A DNA stretch of 64,000 nucleotides, from positions 12,122,485-12,186,484 of the forward strand of contig NC_134027.1 of the NCBI RefSeq assembly GCF_964204645.1, in the 5' to 3' direction. This stretch comes from Tubulanus polymorphus (Eukaryota; Animalia; Nemertea). The notes under the pieces were generated by a model. The model saw only the letters and a program-made list of their open reading frames with translations, was not told the DNA's origin and did no database searches. Positions 1-14,800 of this stretch are shown here, in pieces. Positions within the stretch are counted from its first letter, which is position 1. Every line of letters begins with the position of its first letter. A program made the translations under genes and the position numbers.

Positions 1-100
1 TGGCGTGTGGTTCAATCAAGGAAAGCCAAGGTATGGTGCAATTCATTTCCCCCAATAGTATGACTGTAGTGAACAGATATAAATCTCTGTAGTTAACGAA

Positions 101-278
101 TAAAAACCCACCGTAGATTTGTAGAAATAGTTTATTTCCTGATGGTTTCGAGCTTAAAACTAAACTTCAGAGTCTCAGCTTCAGGAGGAACAGTTTCCTG
201 TTTCTCTGAAGATGAGGTTTATTAAGCTCGAAACCGTCAGGAAATAAACTATTTCTACAAATCTACGGTGGGTTTTTT
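101..278. repeat. Long inverted repeat with Penelope-like hammerhead-ribozyme-type cores
   Basis: aaaaacccaccgtagatttgtagaaatagtttatttcctgatggtttcgagctt (~102-156) is almost perfectly inverted at ~222-278; the right arm reads CTGAAGA...CGAAAC.GTC. Confidence 0.6.
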
Positions 279-512
279 CATTTGTTCTCCCAATAATCTC
301 GACTTTATAAAAGCAATAGCCAAGGGCCTATGATTAAATTTAGAAATGCATTAGCCTAACATGGTTTGAGCCTATTTTGAGTGAAAATTCGCAATTGATA
401 AACTGAGAAAATGAAAACTTACCAATGAGAGAATCATCTAGTATCACTGGCGCCTGGCTTTCCACACCACCACCAGGGATACCGTTCCAAGAAGGATTTC
501 CACTGAAGAGCT

Positions 513-854
513 CTATGATTCTCTCATCCGTCTCTGAGATGTCTGTTTGCTATCTCTCGCTTGGGTTATTGACTTTTTCTTAGCCTCTGCTTGCATCGTT
601 TTCCATTTTAATTTGATGTCGTTCACCTCCCTCCGACAAACCCCAATACTATTTACTGCATCAGTAATTCTTCTCCAGACCTCTTGCTTTGATTTAATTG
701 TCACATCATTATTCAACGTTGATCGCAATAATGAGGCATTCTCTGAACACAGCTCCAAAATTATGCTGATTTCTTTCTGGGAGAAATTTGTGCCTCTCTT
801 CCTCGATTTTGCAGGAAGAGGAGCTTTATTTTCAACATTCATCTTGTCATTCAT
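513..854 (-). pseudogene. Myb/SANT-like (MSANTD) DNA-binding protein of a PIF/Harbinger transposon, truncated
   Basis: RKRGTNFSQKEI...KQEVWRRITDAVNSIGVCRREVNDIKLKWKTM is the Myb_DNA-bind_5-type pattern; a Harbinger-like terminus lies upstream. Confidence 0.75.
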
Positions 855-959
855 TCTGAATTTTCGTCTGGAATGGTTGTTGTTGTTTCTATTGTCTCAT
901 AGCAACGAAATGAATTATGGGATAAATTTTGTGAGGATCTGAGTTTCCATGACATTGAA

Positions 960-1145
960 CCTAATTAGCATATCTTATTGCTAGGATCAAATATATTCCC
1001 TGGGAATAGTTATTGCTAGCAACAAAGTTTGTCTATGAAACAGAAATTTGGTGCTAGCACTAACTATTCCCAGGGAATATATTTGATACCCAGAATAACC
1101 CTTATTGCTAGCACCAAATTATTCCATGTCTATGAAACCGGCCCC
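960..1145 (-). mobile_element. PIF/Harbinger terminus with TIR and subterminal repeats
   Basis: Terminus ctatgaaaccggcccc (reverse complement GGGGCCGGTTTCATAG); repeated ttattgctagc and tattcccagggaata motifs. Confidence 0.6.
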
Positions 1146-3532
1146 TGGTCTTCACAAATGAACCACACCTAGTAGAGGAAGTTAAACACCTTGCCCCAAT
1201 CGGCTCAAGCCACCATGATTGTCTCCTATTCCACATTGAAAATGTCAGCAAGCTCCACACTGCTATGAAATTAGGAAGAAAAAATTATAATAGAGGAAAC
1301 TACGAAAGCTTAAGACAATTCCTCAGGAATAATTTACTGGAGAATAACCTGGCTGAAATGAGTCTGGATGAATGCTGGGACCATATAAAAGAGAAAATAA
1401 AATGCGCAGAGGCAGAGCACATCCCTCAATATCACGCACCTCGCTGGAAACAACACTCTCCACTATGGATGACTAGCAACGCGATGTGTGAAGTCAAGAA
1501 AAAACACGCAGCATGGAAAAGGTATCTCGAACATAAAACCCCTGAAAATTACAGAAATTACCAAATAGCCAATAACTGCAGCAAAAAGCGAATCCAGAAA
1601 GACTGTCAGAGAGTACGAAAAGAACCTGTCACATGAAGTGAAAACAAACCCAAAGGCTTTCTGGAGGTATTGCAAAAGCAAAACTAGTGTCAGAAGTAGA
1701 ATTCCCGACCTACAGATACAAAACGCGGAACTGATAAATGACAACAAGCAAAAAGCAGACTCTTTCAACAAGTACTTTTCGGAAGTATTCAATATTGAAG
1801 ATGTAAGCAACATTCCTGATCCAATCATTACAAGGGAAAACACACAATAAGTACTCGACGAGATAACAGTGACTCGCGACATAGTCAAGAAGAAACTACT
1901 TGGACTCAAAGTCAATAAAAGTATGGAGCCAGACAATATCCACCCAAGAATCCTAAAAGAGGCAGGAAACGAACTGGCTGGTCCTTTAACTACTCTCTTC
2001 AAGAAATCATTGAACGAAGGAAGAATTCCAGAGGACTGGAGGTCTGCAATCGTGACCCCAATACCCAAAAAAGGGCCCAAGAACAAAACTGAGAACTACA
2101 GGCCAATAAGCCTGACGTGTATAGCATGCAAGATTTTAGAATCAATCATCAGAGATCAAATCATGTCCCACCTTGTAAAACGTGATTTGATCTCAGAATC
2201 TCAGCATGGTTTTGTTCAAGGTAGATCAACTACAACACAACTATTACAGACTCTTGAAGACTGGACAAAATCCAATGACCAAGACCTGGCCGTCAATGTG
2301 ATTTTCTTAGATTTTCAGAAGGCATTTGACAAAGTACCACACTGTAGACTAATGAAGAAATTAAAAGCTAATGGTATCAGCGGAAAACCTTACATATGGA
2401 TCAATGACTTCCTGAAAGACAGAAAACAATCAGTCAACATTGAGGGCTCACTTTCAGACTGGGAGCGAGTAACAAGTGGAGTGCCAAGGCAGTGTACTGG
2501 GACCGCTCCTATTTGCGATTTATATCAATGACCTACCCGAGGGAATAAGGAGCAAAATAATCATGTACGCAGATGATACAAAGATATACAGAACGATAAA
2601 AACACGCAATGATGCCCTGGAACTCCAAGACGATTTGAGCAGGCTCTGCAATTGGTCAGAGAAATGGTTAATGCATTTCCATCCTGACAAATGCGTAGTA
2701 ATGCATATCGGGAAGAAAAACAACCGTCACAACTATAGCATGATAGTCCACAACACCAACCACCAGCTCAGAGCAGTAACCGAAGAAAAAGACTTAGGCG
2801 TGACAAACGACGAAATGTTAACATTTCAAGCACAGCATACCTCAGTTGTAAACAGAGGACATAGAATGACTAGAGTTATCAAGAGATCCTTTGAGCACCT
2901 TGATAAAAAAACGTTCAACCTTCTGTACAAAGCACTTGTTCGTCCAATATTGGTGTATGCGATTCCAGCCTATAGTCCCTACCAGATGAAAGACATGGAT
3001 TCCTACGAAAAAGTCCAAAGTTGAGCAACAAAGTTAGTCCCCACTCTAAAAGACTCATCATATCAACAACGGATGAAACAACTCAAACTACCATCGCTGA
3101 GTTACAGACGTTCACGTGGTGACATGATCACCGTCTACAACTGCCTACACGGGAACTACCGTCTCAACTCTGAGAGACTAATACCACAGAACCACAACCG
3201 TAGAACTAGGGGGCACTCACTGAAGCTGGCAAAATCCCGATCAAGGAAAAACATCAGGAAGAACTTTTTCAGTCAACGTGTTGTAAATAACTGGAATAGC
3301 CAAACAGAAGATAGTTAATGCACCCAGCATTGACAGTTTCAAAGCGCGACTAGATAACTTCTGGCAACACAAACAGTACGAACAACGACCACAATAGCAG
3401 AATCCAGGCTTTCAAAAACTGTATTCCGCAGCTGGTTTCAAACCTAGCAACTATCAACAAGTGACACAACGAGACAACCTAGAAATAGGCATATAATGCC
3501 TCCCGTTGGTTGTAACCGATACGATACGATAC
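1146..3532 (+). mobile_element. 5'-truncated, frameshifted CR1/L2-clade LINE (reverse transcriptase)
   Basis: ORFs 1265-3318 carry NYRPISLT, QHGF, FLDFQKAFDKVPH, QGSVLGPLLF, YADDTK, EKDLGV, RTRGHSLKL, FFSQRVVNNWN; ends in a (CGATA)n tail at ~3517-3532. Confidence 0.93.
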
Positions 3533-3806
3533 CTTGATCGAGAGCATGTGGATGCATTCAATTCCTAAATGGACAGATCTTGTGGTCCCTAATACCACCT
3601 AATATATCTTTTGGTGGCATACCATATAACTAGCATTTGTTGGTACAATCATATGTACCACCTTGAATATTTTTGTACCAACAGGCCTACCATCTAAGAG
3701 ATATACCACTTAACATCGATTTGTTAGTACGTCCGAACGGACGGACGACGAAGGGACGGAAAGTGAACGCAATAGCCCGCTAGGACTAAAGTCCCAAGTG
3801 GGCTAA

Positions 3807-5116
3807 ACTAGGGGTCCAGGGACACCATGCCCACTTGGGAAGTGGTTTCAAATGCTCAACAATCTAACAATTTCAATATTCAATGCCCCCTGGTGACCAT
3901 TTACAAAAACCAATGACCTTAAAACTCACCACAATCATAGAACATGTCAGCAGCTACGATTTTGTAATTGATTGTGATAACAAAATATGCCTCGTTACCA
4001 ATTTTATATGGAAATACTAAGTCATTCTACTATTCAATGCCCCCTGGTGACCATATTCAAAACCCAATGACCTCGAACCTCACCACAATCATAGAACATG
4101 TCATGAACTACAACTTTGCAATTGATCATGGTAACAAAATATGCCTAGGTACCAATATAATAAGGAAATACTAAGTTATTCTACTATTCAACGCCCCCTG
4201 GTGACCATATAGAAAAACTTATGTCCTTAAAACTCGCAACAATCAAAGATGATGTCATGAGCTACAACTTTCCAATTGATTGTGGTTACAAAATACGAAG
4301 TACGAATATAATAAAGAAATGCTAAGATATTGTATTATTCAACACCCCCTGGTGGCCACATACGAAATCCAATTACCTTGAAACTCACCACAATCATAGA
4401 ACACGTTATGAGCTACAACTTTCTAATTGATTGTGGTATCAAAATACGCTTAGGTATCAATATAATGTGGAAAAACTTTTTCCCACTTACGAATAAGTAC
4501 TGGTGACACCAAGATGGCCGCCAATTGCGTCATAATTGGCTGATGAAAAATACCTGTCTCAGGTATAAAACATCCCTTTCCAAAGAACACCCATCACAAA
4601 TTGTAATGAGAAATGGCAAACCAGTAGGAAGCTACAGGACTCAGAATTCGGGCCAAAATTAACATTTTTGGGCACTAAAAAGGTCATAGGACGGCCATCT
4701 TGAGTCGACCGACCCAATTTTTGTTATGTTGATGGGCCCTGGGGGGATTCACATATATCCGAAAGATAAAGGTAATTGATCAAAGCGTCTTCAAAATTTC
4801 CCTCAAAAAGTTCAAAAATGTGTAAAAAGTGCTGATTTTGGCGAACAATAATGGCTGCCAGTCGGCCATCTTGATTCTGACAGGGCCAGTTTTTGGGCTG
4901 AAGATGTGTCTAGGGTAGATACATGTGTAACCCAGTAATATCAAGACGTTACCTTGAAGCGTCTTCAAAACTTCCCAAAATGACTGGATTCCGTCTACGG
5001 ATGGAAGGACGACGGACGAAAAGTGAACGCAATAGCCCGCTGGGACTAAAGTCCCAAGTGGGCTAAAAAAGTGAACGCAATAGCCCGCTAGGACTAAAGT
5101 CCCAAGTGGGCTAAAA
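3807..5116 (-). mobile_element. Helentron-associated non-autonomous element (HINE family A) with internal ~150-bp tandem repeats
   Basis: Ends actaggggtccagggacaccatgcccacttgg and GGAC-microsatellite...gtcccaagtgggctaaaa; short subterminal inverted repeats gcccacttgg/ccaagtgggc; near-identical copy at 13249-14493; terminal ~47 bp duplicated at 5020-5116. Confidence 0.8.
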
Positions 5117-5829
5117 ACATGGCTTCACACTCATGTTTTGACGAAAAGTTAAGGCTTAGATTTATCGATTGTTTTTGGTTCTCTAACCAATCTAATAACT
5201 AGGACCAAATCAACTAACACAATAAAAGAAAGTACTGTAGGGGCTATAGGTTTACTGATCTCATTCTATCACAACAGTACTTAAAGGGAAAGCGACACTT
5301 ATAAGAGAATACTTAGTGAACAGGTTAATCATAATTAACTTACATGAATAGATAATTAACTAGTATGTTGCAATGCCACATTTGTCTCCCCGGGGTATGA
5401 CCTTTTGGTTCTCTACAGTACCTCTTATACAGAATGCATTTTCTACAGGGAACATTCACGGAACTAATCTTCTTGTTTGTTTCATGATGATTAGAAAGGT
5501 ACTTCTAGAATGATGATCTCAAAAACTGCCTGGACATTTTACCTATAATCTACTTTTAACCCTTTCAGGACTCGGCTTTATATTGCTGATACCCCAGAAG
5601 TAATTTCGTGAAAAGCATGTAGCTTCAATACCAGATGGCAGCACCAATGGGTTTAATTTGAACTCATGTTGAAAATTAAATTTTTTGATCTCTTACACTT
5701 AATTCTAGTCAGGAAAATAAACGTTTATCTTGTCAATCAACTATTTGATATATTCTGTTAATCATTAAAAAAATTTTGCGGAGAAAATAAATTATATCTC
5801 ATCTCAAGAAGATAATAAATGATTTTTAC

Positions 5830-8800
5830 CTTGTACATTGTGAACTCTTTCCACTGTCACTAATTTTAGTTGTCTGTGTTTACTGCGACGTAGAGCTCTA
5901 CGTATTCGTTGCACCTGATCACGATATGGAGCAACGACGGCTATTGTCTCCGCTTGTCTCTCTCCCCACTCAGTCACCGGCCAGCATTCGTACAACTCTT
6001 CAACTCGAGCAACAACCTCGTCGATCTCTGCCGTGTTATAGAACGACGTACTGTCCGTCAGCTGAATCTCCCGCCCTCGGGTCGTATAAAACATCATCGG
6101 CGCCGGAATTTTACCGGATGCAATCGTTGTCGAAGTTTCGTTGCTACACGCGATCAATTGTTCAGGTCCCCCGTAGAACACCGCCGATATGAAACGTAGA
6201 ATTTCCATCTTCGTGCGGTAATTAAACGTCAACAGGATTTTCAAACGCGAAGCATTTCTTTTTTCGAGTTGCTGAGCATTCGATTCGTAATGGTTATAAA
6301 GACGCTCGAGCAGGGATTGGTGGAAACCTTGTTCCCTCACCTCTTTGCTATAGATCTTCGGACTCATTTGCATATAATCACCGGTGATGACTGTGCATGT
6401 TTCATTTGTTGCAAGGACGAGAGGCATTATAGTTTCACACTCCATCGCCTGAGCTGCCTCATCCAATAGAATATGAGTGAAGTGACCGCATATGTTCCGT
6501 CGAATAAGATACGGCGCCATACTCATTGTTGCAATGACAACTTTACATTCGAGTAATTGTTCCTGTGTCGGGTGGATGAAACTACGTCGATCGGGACTCA
6601 GAAAACAATAACGTAATACCTGTTAGAAACAAACACACAATATTACAAACTACGGGCTAGGGGCTCCATTTCCTATCTGCCGGGTAAACACAAGTTTAAT
6701 TTCAAAATAAGAGAAGGATACAGTCCCACAGTTCTAGACCCAAGAAGAAAGACACTAAATATTTGGCTGGATATATGAAAGCTGAGGGTACTGGAGTGTG
6801 CAATGGGTAGTGTAGTGTGATCTGTGTGCATTCGTGGCCAGCACACAGATCACATTGTTCATTGGGGTTTGGTCCAGGACTCGCGAGATTTTCAACAACA
6901 CGGAAGTAACGCTTAATAAATGATGACTTGAATTGCATGACTACCTACCACCCCTCATTATTGTTGGAAAACTAAACGTTCCGCACAGACTAAAAATTAG
7001 TAATAACATTTTAGAAATGGCCAGAATTTCAACTTAGGTTTCATTTTTATTTTACGATTGCGATTGGTATAATTTTTTTTTAAACGGCCGCTAAAGCTTC
7101 ATGTTTTGTCTGCAATTCACTGCAAATAGTTACGCAACTACACACATTTCAGTGTTTTTGGCAGCTGTACACTCAATCGGCACCGTTCGTGACTAGCTTC
7201 ACTGCGGAATTATCATTAATTAACATCGCCATATCACATCATCAACTTATATTGTGCCTTAAAACCCTAACAGCTGAAATAATTGAAATGCACACGCGAT
7301 TTCAATCATTGAAAATTGTGAGTGGCCATGTTTGTGTGCTGCTGCTTCGCGTAAATACCGCGCGGTGGCGCAACCGCGTGGAGTGGGGCCGATACATCCA
7401 GTTTCACAGTTTTGAACTAAGTTCTACAGATATCATCCAGTTCTACAGTTCTCAGTTAAAATTTGACTATGGATGTATAACACTGTATATGAACTAATCT
7501 CATCTTGAGTCAAACTTTAACTTCAACTGTCAAGCTGGATCCTCAATCACATTGACATCTTACATCTTCATGGACAGTTTCGACTCTTCGAGTTGTTTGA
7601 ATTAAACGGCAGATTTTAATCGTTGTTTTCTGTTCATTTTGAATGAATTTGTGTAAATGTTTCAGTACATAGAGATCCGCAGCGCTGTAATAAATACAGA
7701 AAACATTCCAAAATAAATCTTAAACAACGTTTCATACAGTATACAGTCAATCATCAGATAAGTGACTTCATTACTGAGGTCCCCTCTATTGTTTAGTCCC
7801 CATTTGTATTTGAAATCCAATATATAATTTAGAAAAGTCATTGACATAATGATTAAGTCTGATGATTTAACCCGAGTCTGACCGTATATTACCTGTTTGA
7901 ATGAGTACTGATAAGAATTCGAACATCTGGTCGCTGTTTCAGCAGTAACATTACACCCTGAGCGATAGTTTCTGTTTTGCCTGTACCAAATGGGCCGTAG
8001 ATGATTAGCGGGGCTGTATAGCCCATTCTAGAATTAATCATCTGATCCACTGCATCCAACTGATCTTTATTTAATACACTAGAACTAAAAAGTATTAAAC
8101 ATATATCTGAATTTACTTAAGTACATGAAAAAAACTCTGCCAAGGAAAAGTCACCAATCATGAAAAGGTAGTTAGTACTTTTTTTAACCCCAAGTTGGAA
8201 ATCCAGAGGCTCTTATGGGATTTCTATAGGCCCTCAAAATTTTGAGTGCCCTATTTCAAACTTAAAGGTACTTTGTCAAAATTTCTTTCAGAAATAGGCA
8301 AGATATAAGGCAGATATATTATATGAACGAATATGATGCTGAAATGACCAAAGATTGCTGCATTTTCTCTTTTCTCGTCCTATTCCTATTTACCCGTCCT
8401 GAAAAATTGGTGTAACTTCTCAAACTTTACCCGTGGTACGGGCCCTGACTTAATAGTTTAATAACTACCGGTATGTTACATTTGTACAAGATAACAATAC
8501 ATACTCGAGTTGAAACTGTTTTACATTGGTCCAGCGAGGAACTATTTTATGAATATCCGGATAAACAATGTCGGTATCAACGAGTTGATCTAGTGTGTAA
8601 TGCATCAAACAGAAATGAGAACGATTCATCTGAAACTGTACTTCCAAATCAACCTTAAAAATGTGATAAAATCAGTCAGTCCGAAATTGTACTTCCACAT
8701 CAACATTAAACATGGAATAAAAACAATCAGCCTAAAATTGAACATCCACATCAACAGAAACAGAAATTGTCAGAGCAAGATTGTACTTCCAAATCAACAT

Positions 8801-11800
8801 AAAAAAATCAAAAATTGTTAATTTGATATGTATGATTTTATCTCATCGAATCCCGTGAGTTTCCATGCAATAAAATACAAAAAAACTTGCATACCATATT
8901 ACCAGCTACTAGACCACATTGTTTTACACATTGTTGTGAAAGACAGATGTAGATATATTCTCGGCCTTTTCCATCATAACCGAAATTCTCTTTCTCCACT
9001 AACATTGATTCAAACACTTTATCCGGGCTTTTGTTTGTCACATCTACAGCAACCAGAACATGTCTACAAATAATAGAATCAATCAGTTGATCAGATAAGT
9101 CCCATGAGGTCAAGTAAGCAGTCTACTGAAGTTGAAATCTGATACCGCCCCACCCCCATTAATAAGTCCGGTTATAAAAGCTTTCTTCTTATCTAAATAT
9201 GTTCAAACTCACGAGACTGATGTAAGAATGAGGTGCCCAGCATCAGTATCAGATATGAGATCATCTTCCAACGGAATGCAAACAAATAATTCGTTAGGAT
9301 TTGAATATAGATAAGTTTCCTCTTCAATAACCGACAACAATTCAACTTTCACTTTCACGTTAAAACTGAAAATATAACAACGTTGTCATTCACATGGCTA
9401 CTGCAGCAAACAAGGTCCAGCCAAGATCTACCAGAAGGAGCTAGTTGTTAGATGCTTGGTTTTCTGCCCTTCAATTTTTCCTATAGGCCTATTTCAATTA
9501 AAAGTAAATCAACTTTTCTCTTCAGTAAATCAATGTTCAATGAAAAGTTTACCAAACCCTGAGCGTAGAAAAGTGAATCTTATATCTATTTGAGACTTGT
9601 TTCAAAATATTTTGATTCATGAGCCTATTACTCCAGTTTAAATTTCATTAACTAGGGGTCCAGGGATACCATGCCCACTTGGTGAAACGCTTGACAATCT
9701 CGGAAATTCAATATTCGACACCCTAATGAACACGCAGTAATTAATGACCTTGAAACTTACCACAATCTTAGAACATTTCATGAGCTACAATTTTGTAATA
9801 GATTGCGGTTACAAAATATGCCTAGGTATCAGTATATATGGAAATACCTTAATATTACACTATTCAATGCCCCTGTTGAAAATCTACAATAAAGGACTAT
9901 GGGTTTAGTAGGATCAACTGAGTATATTTTATTTTTGAGCAAAAAATCAATTTGTTCTGGGATCTGCAATAACATAAGATGAAATCATGGTGTACAACAC
10001 CACTGTAGCAGGCAGGTTCACGCGATACATAATAGGTTTTCCAAATGATTTACTAGTGTATGGCAGAACAATCAACACTATGTTTGTTCTATATATATAC
10101 ATCGAACATGAATGCTGAAGGGTTCTTCCAGTGATGTCATCATCAAGGAACAAAGTCATTCAACAATTAGCAAAATGGGAAAAAATTCAATGAAATTTTG
10201 CTCTCATTTTCTACCAGAACTTCCATATTGTTAAGAGCTGCCGGAAAAAATAATTTCAGACACCTATTTTCCTCCTAATAACAAAATATCAGCAGTGTAT
10301 ATCCAGTGGTTACAATTTGTGCCACCAAGAGCAAAGAGAAAGTAGCTCTCAGCACCATTCTGTAAAAGTTACTCTTAGAACCATCCTAAAGATGTGTAAA
10401 AAGTGTTGTGATTGAACAACAATAGCCACCAGTCAGCCATCTTGAGTGTGATCGTACCAGCTTTTGGCTGCAGATGCATTCAGGGTAGATATACCAAATA
10501 CTGGTATCAAGATAATCCATTGAAGCATCATCAAAACTTTTAAATCCAAGGAGCCTATCTGCTTATATAACTCCGCTGTGTAATTTGAAGAAATAAAAGC
10601 TGCATACCTAAGGGTGCCCCCTTTTGGCCAAATCAAAAAAGGATCTGCACTTTGTAGGTATTGGTCCATGGAAAATCCATACCAAATTTGGACTTGATCT
10701 GATTAAAACTGTAGGACTAATAGCAAATTGAAATAAAAAATCCACCCCCATGGGCGCCCGCTGGTGGCTGAATCCAAAAAATGGCTCTGTAACTTCATAG
10801 GCCATGGTCCATAGAACATTCATACCAAATTTGGAATTGATCAGATTAAACTGTAGGACTAGTAGCAATTTGAAGAAATAGAACTCCACTCCAGGAGCGC
10901 CCCCTGGGGGACGAATCCAAAAAATCTGTAACTTTGTAGGCCAAGGTCCATAGAACATCGATAGGGCCTACGAAATTTGGAATTGATCTGATTAAAACTG
11001 TAGCATTAGTAGCGATTTGAAGAAATAGAAACTCCACCCCCAAGGGTGCCCCCTGGGGGACAAATCAAAACAAGAGCCCCATGGGGCTTGACGCAGCAGC
11101 TTCACAAATTATAAATGACTTGTCTTTCAATCAATTTCAAATTTCAATATGCTAGAGGGGCATTTTTACGATGGATCCACGGATCCATGAACATTGAAAA
11201 GACCAAGTTAAGTATCCATGCAGACAAAACAAGGGTTTAAAAATATGAATTTCGGTGCAATCTTATACAATTTCTAGGTACTGGAGACATCTTATTAGTT
11301 GCTGGTGGAAAAAGTGTCCTGAAAAAATATTGCCACCTAGTATTTTCAAAAAGGCATAGGGAAATATATTGCGACAGGAGCACGTGCGCGTTGTGTTCCA
11401 GTCTGAATCTGCCACCGAGGTCTTTTCCTATGAAAATCTGTCAAATGTAACGATCTCAGCATTATACACGTAATAATCACACACAACTGCACGACTCATC
11501 ATGAATATTAAAGTGGTAGTGGGTTTTCACCAATGACTCAAATAGACATGCTCCGTACAACATAAACCGCTGATGTTGGATGATTTCTTTTATGTATAAC
11601 ATACACTGTGTATGGAATTAAAATGAAGTTTGTTAGACAATTTATTGTTATAAATTGAACAATTGTCAAGATTCATTCCTCTTTTTAGATTTCAACATAT
11701 TTTGTTTATTTAGCCAATCAGCGCGCATTAAAAAATATTCAGCCCGGGCGCGCTTGGTGCGGAGGCTTTCTCTAACACACTTCACAGAGGTTCATACTCG

Positions 11801-14800
11801 GAGAAAAAAAACATTTCCTCAATTGACGATTTTTTTCACTCTCACACATGGAACCTGGGCAATTCTACCTTCAATCATCAGGGTCGGGCCTACCCAACCA
11901 ATGTTTGCTTCCGATGCTTCTGTTTAGATGAGTGTTCTTTGATCACAGGTGCGTCGACGTGTATCACATATACCTTCGGTCACAGCGGAGCTAACTAGGG
12001 GTCCAGGGACACCATGCCCACTTGGCAAGTGGTTTCAAATGCTCAACAATCTTACAATTTCAATATTCAACACCCCCTGGTGACCATATACACAAACCAA
12101 TGACCTTGAAATTCACCACAATCATAAAACATTTCAACAGCTAAGATTTTGTAATTGATTTTGATAACAAAATATGCCTCGTTACCAATTTAATATGGGA
12201 ATACTTAAGTTATTCTACTATATATACGGAACCAGCTGACGGCGTAGCGATTTCGGGGGGTTTGTGGGTCCTCCCCCAAGAAAATTTTAGAAATTAAAAA
12301 GCGTTTTCCGAGCACTTAGAGCGATCTTGACCCCATGAACGACTATTATATTTTGGAAGGTAATGGCTAGTTCCAATGTGGTACATCCTCATTCGATGAC
12401 ATTCAGCATCTCATGCATTACGGGTCGAGTCCTGAATTATTGCAGTTAAAACGTGCCGATGGATGCTCACTAAAAATCACCACCCAGTAGTGTATAATGT
12501 CCGAAGACGTTCGCCACACACACGCGGCAACAGTAAGTAGGCCTATAAACATTACTACTGTTGCCACGCGCGCGTGTCTGCAACCGATCGATAAAATAAA
12601 TACACACTCATCATAGTAGATACAAAATCAGTGTTGCAATGAATATGCATTGAAGTGCGATACTTTTAATTACGCGACGATAAGTAAAACAGGCGCTGAA
12701 CGCTTTTACGGTTCACCTGATTACCGATCGCCCCAGACCAATTGAATGAGATCATCACCCCCCCCCCATACTTTTACATCATTTTTGAACTATTTGGAAA
12801 ATTGATATTTTTCAATACCAAAAATCCGTGGGGAATTCTCATCCCTGTAAAAAGGTCATAGGACGACCCCTTTGAGTCCGATCGACCCAATTTTTCTTAT
12901 GCTGATGGGCCCTTGGGGGATTTAAAATATACACAAAAGATCAAGGTAATTAATCAAAGCGTCTTCAAAATTTCCCTCAAAAACTTCAAAAATATGTAAA
13001 AAGTGCTGATTCTGGCGAACAACAATGGCTGCCAGTCGGCCACCTTGATGCTGACAGGGCCAGTTTTTGGGCTGAAGATGTGTCTAGGGTAGATACATGT
13101 GTAACCCAAATATCAAGACATTACCTAGAAGCGTCTTCAAAACTTCCCGAAATAACTGGATTCCGTCTACGGTGGTGATTAGATTTCAATGTCAATTTCA
13201 ATTTACTTCATAAGAAAGCATGCTTTGAAAATTTTGACACACAAAACAACTAGGGGTCCAGGGACACCATGCCCACTTGGGAAGTGGTTTCAAATGCTCA
13301 ACAATCTAACAATTTCAATATTCATCGCCCCCTGGTGACCAATTACAAAAACCAACGACCTTGAAACTCACGACAATCATAGAACATGTCAGCAGCTACG
13401 ATTTTGTAATTGATTGTGATGACAAAATATGACTCGTGGCAATACTAAGTCATTCTACTATTCAACGCCCCCTGGTGACCATATTCAAAACCCAATGACC
13501 TCGAACCTCACCACAATCATAGAACATGTCATGAACTACAACTTTGCAATTGATCATGGTAACAAAATATGCCTAGGTACCAATATAATAAGGAAATACT
13601 AAGTTATTCTACTATTTAACGCCCCCTGGTGACCATATAGAAAAACTAATGTCCTTAAAACTCGCAACAATCATAGATGATGTCATGAGCTACAACTTTG
13701 CAATTGATTGTGGTTACAAAATATGCATAGGTACGAATATAATAAAGAAATGCCAAGATATTGTATTATTCAACACCCCCTGGTGGCCATATACGAAATC
13801 CAATTACCTTGAAACTCACCACAATCATAGAACACGTTATGAGCTACAACTTTCTAATTGATTGTGGTAGCAAAATACGCTTAGGTATCAATATATGTGG
13901 AAAAACTTTTTCCCACTTACGAATAAGTACTGGTGACACAAAGATGGCCGCCAATTGCGTCATAATTGGCTGATGAAAAATACCTGTCTCAGGTATAAAA
14001 CATCCCTTTCCAAAGAATACCCATCAAAAATTGCAATGAGAAATGGCAAACCAGTAGGAAGCTACAGGACTCAGAATTCGGGCCAAAATTAACATTTTTG
14101 GGCACTAAAAAGGTCATAGGACGGCCATCTTGAGTCCGACCGACCCAATTTTTGTTATGTTAATGGGCCCTGGGGGGATTCACATATATCCGAAAGATCA
14201 AGCTAATTGATCAAAGCGTCTTCAAAATTTCCCTCAAAAAGTTCAAAAATGTGTAAAAAGTGCTGATTTTGGCGAACAACAATGGCTGCTAGTCGGCCAT
14301 CTTGATTCTGACAGGGCCAGTTTTTGGGCTGATGATGTGTCTAGGGTAGATACATGTGTAACCCAAATATCAAGACGTTACCTTGAAGCGTCTTCAAAAC
14401 TTCCCAAAATAACTGGATTCCGTCTACGGACGGACGGACGGACGGACGACGGACGAAAAGTGAACGCAATAGCCCGCCCAAGTGGGCTAAAAATTATAAT
14501 CATAGAATAAAATCGAGACGAGATAAACTGACCTTGAGATAAGGGCGTGTCTCGTAAATTCCTCTAATTGTAACATTTCATGTAATTTATGAACATAATT
14601 ATGTTTATTGAGAGTTTCAGTGAATACTCTTTGATTGATGACAGTCTCTACTGCTGTGGCAGCCTGAAAGTATTCAATCAACCATACCATAACCACGATG
14701 ACTCAAAATCATCAAATTTGTGGAACCTCATTTCAACAAATTCAGTTAGTTATAATTAGGTAACTGAAAATTTCGTAACGAACAGAATGATTTGCTTAAT

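Noticed and set aside
1463-2086. Antisense ORFs over the LINE, the helicase exons, the Polinton (e.g. 41678-42244) and the Helentron
   Set aside because: Shadow frames of recognisable genes on the opposite strand, with no motifs of their own
3880-4460. Regularly spaced repeats and short ORFs (also 13320-13900, 29940-30480, 54990-55560) as CRISPR or genes
   Set aside because: They are whole-unit tandem repeats internal to HINE/Helentron elements
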